Positions 24,589-37,714 of a DNA stretch of 64,000 bases are shown here, in pieces (the stretch's first letter is position 1; the number at the start of each line of letters is the position of its first letter). The notes below the pieces were generated by a model. The model was given only the letters and a program-made list of their open reading frames with translations, was not told the origin of the DNA and searched no databases. Source of the stretch: Actinomycetes bacterium (lineage in GTDB: Bacteria; Actinomycetota; Acidimicrobiia; Acidimicrobiales; JAJZXF01); the NCBI GenBank assembly GCA_021791755.1, contig JAJYWA010000001.1, positions 5,416 through 69,415 of the forward strand. The letters are read 5' to 3'. The position numbers and the translations under genes were made by a program.

Positions 24589-25800
24589 TCACGCCCGCCC
24601 GCCAGCGTGACTGCACAAGGGCGAGCTTCGAAGCGCGGTGAGTCCAGGTAGGTCTCCGTACTCGATCAGGTCGAGCGCCGCTCCGCCACCGGTTGAGACG
24701 AAGTCGACCGTGTCCCCCAAGCCGAAATGGTCAAGAGCGCACACGCTGTCGCCGCCGCCCACCACCGTGAAACCACCACATCGCGCCATCGCCTCGGCGA
24801 CTACACGGCTGCCGTCCTCGAACCGCTTGTCCTCGAAAGCGCCCATGGGCCCGTTCCAGAAGACGGTGCCCGCGCCAGCAAGCTCGTCAGCGAAGGCTTG
24901 AGCCGTTTTCGGCCCGATGTCCATTCCCTTCCACCCCGGTGGTATGTCGCGCCCGACCACTGCCACGGGAGCTGGAACGGAGCCATTCCCAGCCCCATCC
25001 CCGGCCCCGGGCCCGGACCCAGCGTCGCCGGCCTCATCAGGCACAGGAATGACCACGAAGTCCTCGGGCACCATCACCCGCCCCCCTAAGTCAATGAGCT
25101 CCTTGCACGCGCCAATATGCTCCGGATCAACCAACGACTCGCCGACCTCGTGACCCAGTGCCGCCAGGAACGTGAAGGCCATCGCGCCCCCGATCATCAG
25201 CACCTCTGCCTTGATGGCAAGGGTCTTAAGCACCCCGAGCTTGCCGGCCACCTTCGCTCCGCCGACTATTGCCACGAAGGGCCTCGACGGATGCTCGAGC
25301 AGCCCGCCGATCACCTCGACCTCACGCGCCAGGAGGCGTCCAGCTGCGCTCGGAAGCCGGCGCGGTGGTCCGATCACCGACGCATGCCTTCTATGGGCTA
25401 CGCCGAAAGCGTCGTTCACGAAGAGGTCCTGACCAGCGACCAGGCTGTCGATGCTGGCAGGCGATGCGGCCTCCTCGCCAGGATCGAAGCGCAGGTTCTC
25501 CAGGAGCGTCACCCCTGGGGCGAGGGCTTCAAGGCACTCCCTCACCGGGGCAAGGGAGTAGCGCGGGTCTGGACGGCCGTTGGGACGCCCAAGATGGCTG
25601 CAGGCCGTCACCACGGCCCCATGGTCCACCAGCCACTCGATCGTCGGCAGCGCCATCCGGATCCGGTAGTCGTCCTCCACCTCCCACCTTCCCCCAGCTG
25701 CCTGGTGCAAGGGGGTATTGAAGTCGACACGCAGAAGAACGTTCTTTCCCGAAGGATCCGGCAGGTCCTCGAGGAGCGGCAGGCGGTCGCAGGGGCTCAT
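24589..25800 (-). CDS. pgk: phosphoglycerate kinase
   Basis: 'VLLRVDFNTPL', 'SHLGRP' and 'FWNGPMGAFE'. Confidence 0.95.
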   Translation of the reverse strand: MSPCDRLPLLEDLPDPSGKNVLLRVDFNTPLHQAAGGRWEVEDDYRIRMALPTIEWLVDHGAVVTACSHLGRPNGRPDPRYSLAPVRECLEALAPGVTLLENLRFDPGEEAASPASIDSLVAGQDLFVNDAFGVAHRRHASVIGPPRRLPSAAGRLLAREVEVIGGLLEHPSRPFVAIVGGAKVAGKLGVLKTLAIKAEVLMIGGAMAFTFLAALGHEVGESLVDPEHIGACKELIDLGGRVMVPEDFVVIPVPDEAGDAGSGPGAGDGAGNGSVPAPVAVVGRDIPPGWKGMDIGPKTAQAFADELAGAGTVFWNGPMGAFEDKRFEDGSRVVAEAMARCGGFTVVGGGDSVCALDHFGLGDTVDFVSTGGGAALDLIEYGDLPGLTALRSSPLCSHAGGRA

Positions 25801-25810
25801 CTGGGCTGGC

Positions 25811-26947
25811 TCACCGATCCTGGCTCTGAGCCTTGCCCGCCGGCGCCCCTCCCCCTGCCAGAGCCCCTCCCACCAGGAGGGCTGCGTCGACCAGCCGGTT
25901 GGAGTACCCCCACTCGTTGTCGTACCAGCCGAACACCTTCACCAGCGTGGCAGCGAGCGTCGTGGGAACAGGAGGCCCACCACTCGAATGATCGCCTCCC
26001 CCACCCGCATCGCCCGGCGCCAGCGCGCCAACGTTCATCGTCATGGTCATCGCTGAGTCGAACGTGCACGAGGCCGGCGACCCTACGATGTCCGATGAGA
26101 CCACCGGCTCGTCGGTGTAGTCGAGCACGTGCTCGAGCGGCCCCGAGAGAGCCGCTGCCCGGAAAGCTTCGTTGACATCTCCGGCGGTCAGCTCTCCGAC
26201 CACAAGAGCCGTGAAGTCCGTGATGGACCCTACTGGCACCGGCACCCTCAGCGCCGTGCCATCGAGGCGGCCCTTCATCGCCGAGAGCACGAGGCTCGTA
26301 GCCCTGGCTGCCCCCGTAGACGCAGGGACGATGTTCACTGCCGCCGCCCGGCTTCGGCGGAGATCCTTGTGCGTCAGATCGAGAAGGTTCTGATCGTTGG
26401 TGTAGGCGTGCACGGTGGTCATGAGGCCGTGGCGCACCCCGAAGGCGTCGTCTAGGACCTTCACCATTGGCACGAAGCAATTGGTCGTGCAAGATGCGTT
26501 CGACACGACGAAGTGATGATCCGGATCGAAGTCCATGTCGTTCACGCCCATGACCAGGGTCGTATCTGCATCTGCTGCCGGAGCCGAGATGATGACACGC
26601 TTCGCTCCCGCGCCCAGGTGCACCGCTGCACGATCGCGGGACGTGAACCTTCCAGTGCTCTCGATAACGACGTCTACTCCAAGCTCTCTCCACGGCAGCA
26701 GCTCAGGGGAGCTCTCGGAGAGCACCCGGACGGCCATCCTGCCGACCTTGATCGCCCCGTCATGGACCTCGACCCCGGCCGCCAGGCGCCCGTAGCTCGA
26801 GTCATAGCGGAGCAAGTGAGCATTGCTCTCTATCGACGCCAGATCATTCAGCGCCACCACGTCGAGATCCGCTTCGGAAGCCAACGCTGCACGCAGGAAG
26901 TTCCTTCCGATTCTCCCAAATCCATTGATTGCCACTCTGACGGGCAT
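25811..26947 (-). CDS. gap: type I glyceraldehyde-3-phosphate dehydrogenase (with a Gly/Pro-rich insertion and a C-terminal tail)
   Basis: 'VAINGFGRIGRNFLR', 'SNASCTTNC' and 'WYDNEWGYSNR'. At 378 aa it is about 45 aa longer than typical GapA. Confidence 0.95.
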   Translation of the reverse strand: MPVRVAINGFGRIGRNFLRAALASEADLDVVALNDLASIESNAHLLRYDSSYGRLAAGVEVHDGAIKVGRMAVRVLSESSPELLPWRELGVDVVIESTGRFTSRDRAAVHLGAGAKRVIISAPAADADTTLVMGVNDMDFDPDHHFVVSNASCTTNCFVPMVKVLDDAFGVRHGLMTTVHAYTNDQNLLDLTHKDLRRSRAAAVNIVPASTGAARATSLVLSAMKGRLDGTALRVPVPVGSITDFTALVVGELTAGDVNEAFRAAALSGPLEHVLDYTDEPVVSSDIVGSPASCTFDSAMTMTMNVGALAPGDAGGGGDHSSGGPPVPTTLAATLVKVFGWYDNEWGYSNRLVDAALLVGGALAGGGAPAGKAQSQDR

Positions 26948-27035
26948 CTATACAATCACCTCGTTAGCTGACCAACGGTCGCCTACCCTATAGCCAGCGG
27001 CCTACCCTACAAGCTGAACCGGCTGAAGCCGCAGG

Positions 27036-27911
27036 TTAGCTCACCAGGTCCCGGAGGGCCACTGCGAGCTTCTCTGGGTCATGGGCCAGCCCGTTCTCCT
27101 TGGCGAGGTGAAGATCGACGTACTCCTTCGAGAGCGCTCCGAGGCTCATGCCCGAGCTGTCGCACAAGACGACGTCTATGTCCACGCCGTGGGCTTCAAG
27201 CGCCGCGACGTGATCCGCCACGCCGTAACCGGCAGCCTCAGGCGCTTGGGCACGCAGGTTGCACACGTACACCCGCCGTGCGCCAGTGGCGCCGATCGCT
27301 TCTCGCAGGCGCGGCGCCACCACTGCTGCAAGGACGCTCGTGTACAGGGAGCCAGGCCCGATGATCACCTGGTCAGCACTGCGGATCGCCTCCACAGCGC
27401 CCTCCGGCGGCTCCGGGTCGTCCGGTTCCAAGAAGATCCGGCCAATGTGCCTCGTCGACGCAACCGCCACCTGACCGCCGACCTCGGCGTCACGAGCGAC
27501 TGCCTTGAGCACCACCGCGTCCAGCGTGGCCGGCAGGACGGCGCCCACCGCGCCCACCAGGCGCTCGACCTCCGCCAGCGCCGTAAGGACGTTCCCCGAG
27601 ACCTCCGCGAGGCCGGCGATGAGCAGGTTCCCGAGCGCATGGCCCTCCAGCTCGCCGGCGTCGAAACGGTAGTCGAGCGATGACGACAGCAGTAGAGCGG
27701 GATCTGCCAGAGCCACGAGGCACTTGCGCAGATCTCCCGGCGGCACTGCGTCCATTGCCTCACGCAGCCTCCCGCTGGAGCCGCCGTCGTCAGCAGCCGA
27801 GACGATCGCGGTGATCTCGCCAGCGTACTTTCTTACAGCTCTCAGGGTCGCGGCAAGACCATGGCCGCCACCCAAGGCCACCACCTTCGGCCCGCCGACA
27901 ACGAGGCTCAC
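27036..27911 (-). CDS. yvcK: gluconeogenesis factor YvcK family (CofD-like, UPF0052)
   Basis: 'VVALGGGHGLAATLRAVRKYAGEITAIVSAADDGGSSGRLR'. Start set at GTG 27911, which overlaps the rapZ stop (GTGA); the longest ORF starts at 27965. Confidence 0.88.
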   Translation of the reverse strand: MSLVVGGPKVVALGGGHGLAATLRAVRKYAGEITAIVSAADDGGSSGRLREAMDAVPPGDLRKCLVALADPALLLSSSLDYRFDAGELEGHALGNLLIAGLAEVSGNVLTALAEVERLVGAVGAVLPATLDAVVLKAVARDAEVGGQVAVASTRHIGRIFLEPDDPEPPEGAVEAIRSADQVIIGPGSLYTSVLAAVVAPRLREAIGATGARRVYVCNLRAQAPEAAGYGVADHVAALEAHGVDIDVVLCDSSGMSLGALSKEYVDLHLAKENGLAHDPEKLAVALRDLVS

Positions 27912-28762
27912 AGCTGTATGTCCCGGTGGAAGGCGGTGGCCTCGAACCCCCTGGTCCTCATCCACCTGGCGAGCTCCTCTGCCAGCACGACCGAGCGATG
28001 CCTGCCGCCAGTGCAGCCCATCGCAACCGTCAGGTAGGACTTGCCCTCACTGCGATATGCAGGCAGCAGCAGGTCGAAGAGCGAGGTGAGCTTCTCCATG
28101 AACGCTGCGGTGTTCTCGTGGCGCATGACGAACTCGCGCACCGGCTCGTCAAGACCGGTCTGCTCACGAAGGCCCTCCACCCAGTACGGATTGGGCAGGA
28201 AGCGGCAGTCGAGGACAAGGTCCACATCACGAGGCATGCCGTGCTTGTAGCCGAACGAGGTGACCGTGGTCTTCATCGTGTATCCCGGCGCTTCGCCCTC
28301 GAAGAGCTCGATAAGACGCTGGCGCAACTGGTTCGAGCTCAGATCGCCGGTGTCGACCACCAGATCCGCCGCCTCTTTGATAAGAGCCAGCGCAAGACGC
28401 TCCCGTACGATAGCGGCCGAGACTCCCTCGGCCGCGACCGGGTGCCTCCGACGCGTCCCTTCGAAGCGCCGGACCAGCACGTCGTCAGGGGCATCCAGGA
28501 AGAGGACCCGGACGCGCTCCTTGCGCGACCGCAGGGCCCTCAGCGACTCCTCCAGCTCTGCCAGGTGCTCGTCGCCGCCTCGCCCGATGACGAAGGCGAC
28601 CTTCTCCGTCTCCGACCCCGGCACTCCGACCAGCTCCACCACACGGGTCATCAACGCGGGGGGAACATTGTCAATGACGAACCACCCCAGATCTTCAACC
28701 GTCGCCGCGGCCGTGGAGCGACCCGCCCCCGACAACCCTGCGATGACAAGGTACTCAGCCAA
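27908..28762 (-). CDS. rapZ: RNase adapter / nucleotide-binding protein RapZ (YvcJ)
   Basis: Walker A 'IAGLSGAGRS', 'FVIDNVPP' and the C-terminal 'GCTGGRHRSV'. Confidence 0.9.
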   Translation of the reverse strand: MAEYLVIAGLSGAGRSTAAATVEDLGWFVIDNVPPALMTRVVELVGVPGSETEKVAFVIGRGGDEHLAELEESLRALRSRKERVRVLFLDAPDDVLVRRFEGTRRRHPVAAEGVSAAIVRERLALALIKEAADLVVDTGDLSSNQLRQRLIELFEGEAPGYTMKTTVTSFGYKHGMPRDVDLVLDCRFLPNPYWVEGLREQTGLDEPVREFVMRHENTAAFMEKLTSLFDLLLPAYRSEGKSYLTVAMGCTGGRHRSVVLAEELARWMRTRGFEATAFHRDIQL

Positions 28763-30677
28763 TATCCTCCGCTCTCTCCAAAGGTTCCGCGTCTTGCGCT
28801 CCTTGGTGAAGCCGATCGTAGACGCTCCGCGCCACCCGCTCCGGCAGCCAGCCGAGCCCCAGCAGACGATCGAGCGACGCCGACCGCACCGCCGCCGCCC
28901 CGCCGAGCTCGGCCAGCAGGCGCCGGCGCCTGGCCTCGCCCAACCCGCTCACACCGTCGAGAAAGCCGCGCTTTACACGATGGCTCCTGAGCTTGCGATG
29001 GTACTCGATCGCGAAGCGGTGGGCCTCGTCCCGAACCTGCTGGAGCAGGTAGAGCGCCTCCGAGCCCCGCGGTATGCGAACCGGGCCTGCGCGCCCGGGA
29101 ACGAAGACCTCCTCGAAGCTCTTGGCCAGAGCCGCCACGGGGATCCTCTCGGACAGGCCAAGGTCTCGAAGGACCCTCATCCCCACGCTCAGCTGTCCCC
29201 TCCCGCCATCGAGCAGCAGTAGCTGAGGCGGGTATGCGAACCTGCGCTCCTTGTCCGAACGCGGCTCTCCAACCTTCGACAGCCTCCTGCGCAGCACCTC
29301 CGCCATCGCTGCGTAGTCGTCGTTGCCCGCCACCGTGCTGACCTTGAACCTGCGGTACTCGGAGCGCTTGACCAGCGCGTCCTCCATGACGACCATTGAT
29401 CCCACGTAGTCCGTCCCCTGGAGGTGGCTCATGTCATAGCACTCGATGCGCAACGGTGCCTCGGTGAGCCCCAGAGCGTCCTGCAAGGCATTCAGCGCAC
29501 GAGCCCTCGCGTTGTGGTCGCTCGCGCGCTTCAACCGGTGCGATCTCAAAGCCTCTGATGCGTTGCGAGAGACCGTCTCGAGCAGGCGCCGCTTGCTGCC
29601 CCTGCGAGGCATCCTGACCACGACGCGGCTTCCCCTGATGCCCGACAGCCACTCGGCGAAGAGCTCTGGATCCTCTGGCTCCTCGGGAACGAGGATCGTC
29701 TTCGGCACACCGCCTCCCTGGCCGGCCATGACAGTGTCGCGCGCGTAGAACTGCTCCAGCGCCCGCGACACGACCCCGCGGCCGGAGATCTCCTCAACCT
29801 TGTCGAGAATGAAGCCGTCGCGACCCACCACTCTTCCCGAGCGAACGAAAAAGACCTGGACCGAAGCCTCGAGCTCGTCCTCGGCCACCCCTATGACATC
29901 GAAGTCCTCTTCGACGCTGGCGACCATCTCCTGGCCCTCGACCGCAGCGAGGACCGACTCCAGGCGATCTCTCGCCCGCGCCGCGTCCTCGAAGCGCAGC
30001 TCGCTCGAGGCTGCGGTCATCTCAGCTGTGAGACGCTTCACGACCGGTGCGCTGTCGCCGTCCAAGAACGACATGAGCTGGGCGAGCATCGCTCCGTACT
30101 CCTCGTGGCCGACCCTGCCGACACATGGACCACAGCACCGCTTGATGTGGTAGAGCAAGCAGGGACTTCCCAGTCTCTGATGTCGAAGCAGTTTGGCATC
30201 AGAGCAGGTTCTCACCGGAAAGGACTTGAGCAGCAGGTCGAGGGTGGATCGTATGGCGTTCACATGAGCGTAAGGCCCGAAGTACCGGACTCCCTTGCGC
30301 TTCGCGCCGCGCACGATGCTTGCTCGAGGCCACTCGTGCGCCAGGGTGACCGCGAGGAACGGATAGCTCTTGTCGTCCATCAAGCGCACGTTGAAGCGGG
30401 GCTTGTACGTCTTGATGAGGTTCCACTCGAGCATCAGCGCCTCGACGTCGTTGCGGACCTGGATCCACTCCACTGACTCGGCAACCGAGAGCATCTGGAC
30501 CGTTCTGGCCGCGAGATGTGACGGATCCTGGAAGTAGCTGGACAGCCGCTGGCGAAGCGACCGAGCCTTGCCTACGTAGATCATGCGGCCGTCGCGATCG
30601 CAGAACTGGTAGGAGCCTGGGGAATCAGGAACATCACCGAGCGACTCACGAGTGAGCATGTCACCACTGTTGCGCAC
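28755..30677 (-). CDS. uvrC: excinuclease ABC subunit C
   Basis: GIY-YIG N-terminus 'PGSYQFCDRDGRMIYVGKARSLRQR', a UvrBC-interaction region, and a C-terminal (HhH)2 'LDGVSGLGEARRRRLL'. Confidence 0.95.
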   Translation of the reverse strand: MRNSGDMLTRESLGDVPDSPGSYQFCDRDGRMIYVGKARSLRQRLSSYFQDPSHLAARTVQMLSVAESVEWIQVRNDVEALMLEWNLIKTYKPRFNVRLMDDKSYPFLAVTLAHEWPRASIVRGAKRKGVRYFGPYAHVNAIRSTLDLLLKSFPVRTCSDAKLLRHQRLGSPCLLYHIKRCCGPCVGRVGHEEYGAMLAQLMSFLDGDSAPVVKRLTAEMTAASSELRFEDAARARDRLESVLAAVEGQEMVASVEEDFDVIGVAEDELEASVQVFFVRSGRVVGRDGFILDKVEEISGRGVVSRALEQFYARDTVMAGQGGGVPKTILVPEEPEDPELFAEWLSGIRGSRVVVRMPRRGSKRRLLETVSRNASEALRSHRLKRASDHNARARALNALQDALGLTEAPLRIECYDMSHLQGTDYVGSMVVMEDALVKRSEYRRFKVSTVAGNDDYAAMAEVLRRRLSKVGEPRSDKERRFAYPPQLLLLDGGRGQLSVGMRVLRDLGLSERIPVAALAKSFEEVFVPGRAGPVRIPRGSEALYLLQQVRDEAHRFAIEYHRKLRSHRVKRGFLDGVSGLGEARRRRLLAELGGAAAVRSASLDRLLGLGWLPERVARSVYDRLHQGAQDAEPLERAEDIG

Positions 30678-30848
30678 TTCGGAGCGGCTTGCAGCAGCTG
30701 GCCGCCTTACGGATTATACTGGCGATAGAGCCGGCCTGGTGACCCGGCTACATAACTGAAGCTCTCGGGCCGACAACCCCGCGGATGGGCGACCAGGCTG
30801 TCCCCGCCGGCCTTACGGGAGCACGGCACATAGAAGGGATAAACCATC

Positions 30849-31946
30849 ATGGTTCGTCTTCAGGAAGCACTCCCCGAGCGCTACACAAAGGCATCTCCAG
30901 AGGAGCTGGAGAACTGGATCGACGCTGCAAAGCAACGCCTCGGCCGGAGGTTGCTCATCCTCGGCCACCACTACCAGCGCGACGAAGTGATGAGATGGGC
31001 AGACGCAAGAGGCGACTCGCTCCGGCTTTCGAGTATCGCCGCGAAGCGCAAGGACGCGAAGTACGTCATCTTCTGCGGGGTGCACTTCATGGCGGAGGCC
31101 GCCGACATCCTCACCTCAGACGACCAGCAGGTGGTGCTGCCGGACCTGAACGCAGGGTGCTCCATGGCGGACATGGCCGACCTCGACGATGTCGAGGAGG
31201 CATGGAACGGCCTCGCCCAGGCGATCGACGTAGACCGCCTGGTCCCGATCACCTACATCAACTCGTCCGCCGCGCTGAAGGCCTTCGTCGGGCGCAACGG
31301 AGGAAGCGTGTGCACCTCGTCCAACGCTCGCGCCGTATTGACCTGGGCTCTCGAGACTGCGGGCAACCAGGTGCTCTTCTTCCCGGATCAGCACCTCGGG
31401 CGCAACACCGCCTACCAGCTGGGCTTCTCCGAGCGCGACATGAGCCTGTGGGACCCGCGCAAGAGCGACGGTGGTCTCTCCGAAGTCGAGATGAAAGAGT
31501 CCACGATCCTGCTGTGGAAGGGTCACTGCTCGGTGCACCAGCGCTTCCGGCCCGAGCACGTGGCGCAGTTCCGCGCAACCTATCCCAACGGCATCGTGGT
31601 GGTCCATCCCGAGTGCTCGCACGAGCTGGTGGAGGTCGCCGATGAGGCAGGGTCCACCGACTTCATCATCCGGATGGTCGACCAAGCTCCGCCCGGAGCC
31701 GTGCTGGGAGTGGGAACGGAGATCCATCTGGTCAAGCGGCTGGCCGACGAGCACCCCGACAAGACGGTCGTCTCGCTCGACCCGCTCGTGTGCCCGTGCT
31801 CGACCATGTACAGGATCGATGAGCCACACCTGGCCTGGGTGCTCGAAGGCCTCGTGAGCGGGGAGGTCCACAACCGCATAACCGTCCCGGCCGACACCGC
31901 GGCCGAGGCTCGCGTCGCTCTGGAGCGAATGCTCGAGATCGTGTGA
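30849..31946 (+). CDS. nadA: quinolinate synthase
   Basis: 365 aa. 'LLILGHHYQRDEV', 'FCGVHFMAE', 'TYINSSA' and 'VHPEC' segments match the long-form NadA. Confidence 0.88.
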   Translation: MVRLQEALPERYTKASPEELENWIDAAKQRLGRRLLILGHHYQRDEVMRWADARGDSLRLSSIAAKRKDAKYVIFCGVHFMAEAADILTSDDQQVVLPDLNAGCSMADMADLDDVEEAWNGLAQAIDVDRLVPITYINSSAALKAFVGRNGGSVCTSSNARAVLTWALETAGNQVLFFPDQHLGRNTAYQLGFSERDMSLWDPRKSDGGLSEVEMKESTILLWKGHCSVHQRFRPEHVAQFRATYPNGIVVVHPECSHELVEVADEAGSTDFIIRMVDQAPPGAVLGVGTEIHLVKRLADEHPDKTVVSLDPLVCPCSTMYRIDEPHLAWVLEGLVSGEVHNRITVPADTAAEARVALERMLEIV

Positions 31947-31979
31947 CCGTGCTCAGCCCTGGAGCGTGCGACAGGTCGC

Positions 31980-32378
31980 TTGATGATCCTGCCACCCGAT
32001 ACTTTGCTACACAATATTCTCGTGGAGATCCGAAACTCCGCCCTCAAGCACGGCTGCAGTCCCGATGATGTCCGCCATGCCATTGCCAACGCACTCACTG
32101 CCTACGACGACCTGACCGAACCCCGTAAAGCCAAGACCGGCGAGACGATGGACGACGAGTGCTGGCGGCGAGCCGAAGAGAAGGCTGACGCCGGCCTCGA
32201 TCCCTCCCGGCTACGACGCCGTGTCGGTCGCCCCGCTCTCGGCGACGAGCCGGCAGGAATGACCGCGGTCCGTCTCCCGCCCGAGGTCCGCAGGGCACTC
32301 AACCACCGGGCCGCCGAATAGCACACCTCCGCCAGCGAGGTCATCCGCCGCGCCCTGGAGCAGTACGTCGCGAGCTAG
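31980..32378 (+). pseudogene. decayed toxin-antitoxin remnant (toxin N-terminal fragment fused to a CopG/RHH antitoxin with an in-frame TAG)
   Basis: 'GRPALGDEPAGMTAVRLPPEVRRALNHRAAE*HTSASEVIRRALEQYVAS*'. The RHH pattern continues straight through the TAG at 32319-32321. Confidence 0.45.
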
Positions 32379-32699
32379 ACAGTCAGCTCAGCCAACGCGC
32401 GGGGGCCGGCCAGAAGGTCAACCGAGCTCGAATAGAGGCAACGCAACACCACGTGATGCACCCCCCGTCGACGGTGGTCTGAGTTAAGACCGCATCGACC
32501 TTGACCTCCCGGGTGTGCGCCCGCCTTTCGGGATCGCCTTCGGCGCCACGGGTTCTGGCTGTCCAACAGGATCACCCCGGGGACCCGGCAGCGACAGGTG
32601 CGCCTGGCTCTGTCTGGTTGTGACTACAACAACCCGACTCACACGCGTCCCTTTGCCTTGCTGGCGGCTCATGACGGCGCCTACGTTCATGTCACACAC

Positions 32700-35581
<2,882 letters not shown>

Positions 35582-35585
<4 letters not shown>

Positions 35586-37687
35586 TCACATAGCTCGGCG
35601 AGCTCGCGCCTCAGCTCTGCAACCTCATCGCGCAGCAACGCCGCCTCTTCGAAACGCAGGTCGGCCGCCGCCGCATGCATCCCAACCCCCAGCTGGTCGA
35701 TGAGAAGCTCGATCTCGTCGCGTGCGGAGCCAACCGGTACGCGGTCGTCAACAGGACCCCGAGTTGCAAAAGCCCGAGATGCCGCATCGCCTCGCCCGCT
35801 TGCTGCGACCCGGCCACTCACCGGGGCGCCAGCTGCGACGCGGGAACGGCCCGCCGAGTGCTTCGCAGGCGCTTTCGCAGATGGACCGCGGGAGCCGAGC
35901 TGGCCGAGGATGTCTCTGACCGCCTTACGGATCGTCTGCGGGTCGATCCCGTGGCGCTCGTTGTACTCCTGCTGGCGCTTCCTTCTCCGCGCTGTCTCGG
36001 AGATCGCCTCGCGCATCGAAGGGGTCGTGGTATCCGCGTACATGATCACCTTCCCGCTGACGTTGCGTGCCGCGCGCCCGATCGTCTGGACAAGCGATGT
36101 CACGCTACGCAGGAACCCCTCCTTGTCCGCGTCGAGGATCGCCACGAGCGACACCTCTGGAAGGTCGAGCCCCTCACGAAGCAGGTTGATCCCGATCAGA
36201 ACATCAAACTCTCCAAGGCGAAGATCCCTCAAGATCTCGATCCGCGAGAGCGTGTCGACGTTCGAGTGGAGGTAGCGGGCACGCACCCCCATCTCCAGCA
36301 GGTAGTCCGACAAGTCCTCCGCCATCTTCTTGGTGAGCGTGGTCACGAGCGCCCGCTCTCCTCTTGCCACCACCTGCCCCACCTCGGCGATGAGATCGTC
36401 TACCTGTCCCTCGGTCGGCTTCACCACTATCTCAGGATCGAGGAGCCCGGTGGGCCGCACTATCTGCTCCACCACCTGGCTCGACTCCTCCAGCTCGAAG
36501 GAGGACGGAGTCGCGGACAGGAATATGCACGTGCGAAGCCGATCGTAGAGCTCGCCGAACTTGAGTGGACGGTTGTCGAGCGCGGAAGGAAGCCTGAAGC
36601 CGTGCTCTACGAGGGTCTCCTTGCGGGAACGATCACCCTCGTACTGCCCGCGCAGCTGTGGAACGGCAATATGGCTCTCGTCGATGACGACCAGATAGTC
36701 GTCGGGAAAATAGTCCAGGAGCGTGCTCGGCGGCTCACCAGGGGCACGCCCGTCGATGTGGCGGCTGTAGTTCTCGACGCCGTTGCACACCCCTGCCTCG
36801 ACCAGCATCTCCAGGTCATAGCGGGTGCGCATCCTGAGCCTCTGCGCCTCCAGCAGCTTGCCCTCTCGTTCGAGGAGCGCCAGCTGCTCGGCAAGCTCCG
36901 TCTCTATCGAGGCAATCGCCCGCTTGAGCCGTTCGGCGCCCGCTACATAGTGGCTGGCAGGGAAGACCACGAGCTCGTCCAGGGTTTCGAGGATCTCACC
37001 ACTGAGCGGGTCGAATCGCACCATCCTTTCGACCTCGTCCCCGAACAGCTCGACACGCACGCAAGTCTCCTCGTAGGCAGGGAATATCTCGATCGCATCG
37101 CCCCGAACCCGGAACCTGCCCCTCGCGAGCTGGTAGTCGTTGCGCTCGTAGTGCATGTCGACCAGCCGGGACAGTATCGCCCGCTGATCCCGCTCCTCGG
37201 CCGCCTCGAGGACGAGGATGCGCTCCGAGTACTCCTCGGGCGAACCCAGGCCGTAGATGCACGACACCGATGCGACCACGATCACGTCGCGGCGCGTGAG
37301 CAGGCTCGACGTAGCGGCGTGCCGCAGCCTGTCCACCTCGTCGTTGATCGCCGAGTCCTTTTCGATGTAGGTGTCGCTGGAGGGGATGTACGCCTCAGGC
37401 TGGTAGTAGTCGTAGTAGGAGACGAAGTACGCCACCTTGTTCTCGCCGAACAGCTCCCCGAGCTCGCTCGCGAGCTGAGCCGCGAGCGACTTGTTCGGCT
37501 CGATGATAAGAGTGGGCCGCTGCACCGCCTCGATCGTCCATGCAATTGTCGCCGTCTTTCCGCTCCCGGTGATGCCGAGGAGGGTCTGGAAGCGGTCGCC
37601 CCGTTCCACGCCTGCCACAAGCCTCTCGATCGCCCGCGGCTGATCACCGGCGGGAGAGAGATCCGAGATCACCTTGAAAGGCGGCAC
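35582..37687 (-). CDS. uvrB: excinuclease ABC subunit B
   Basis: 701 aa. '[10 protein letters not shown]', 'VIDESH' and the C-terminal UVR domain '[13 protein letters not shown]'. Confidence 0.97.
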
Positions 37688-37714
37688 CTCCGGTATTCTA
37701 CCTGGAGGCGGCGT

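Noticed and set aside
25117-26693. ORFs 25117..26175 (+, 352 aa) and 25797..26693 (-, 298 aa)
   Set aside because: They are out of frame or antisense with pgk and gap, with Arg/Pro-rich nonsense composition.
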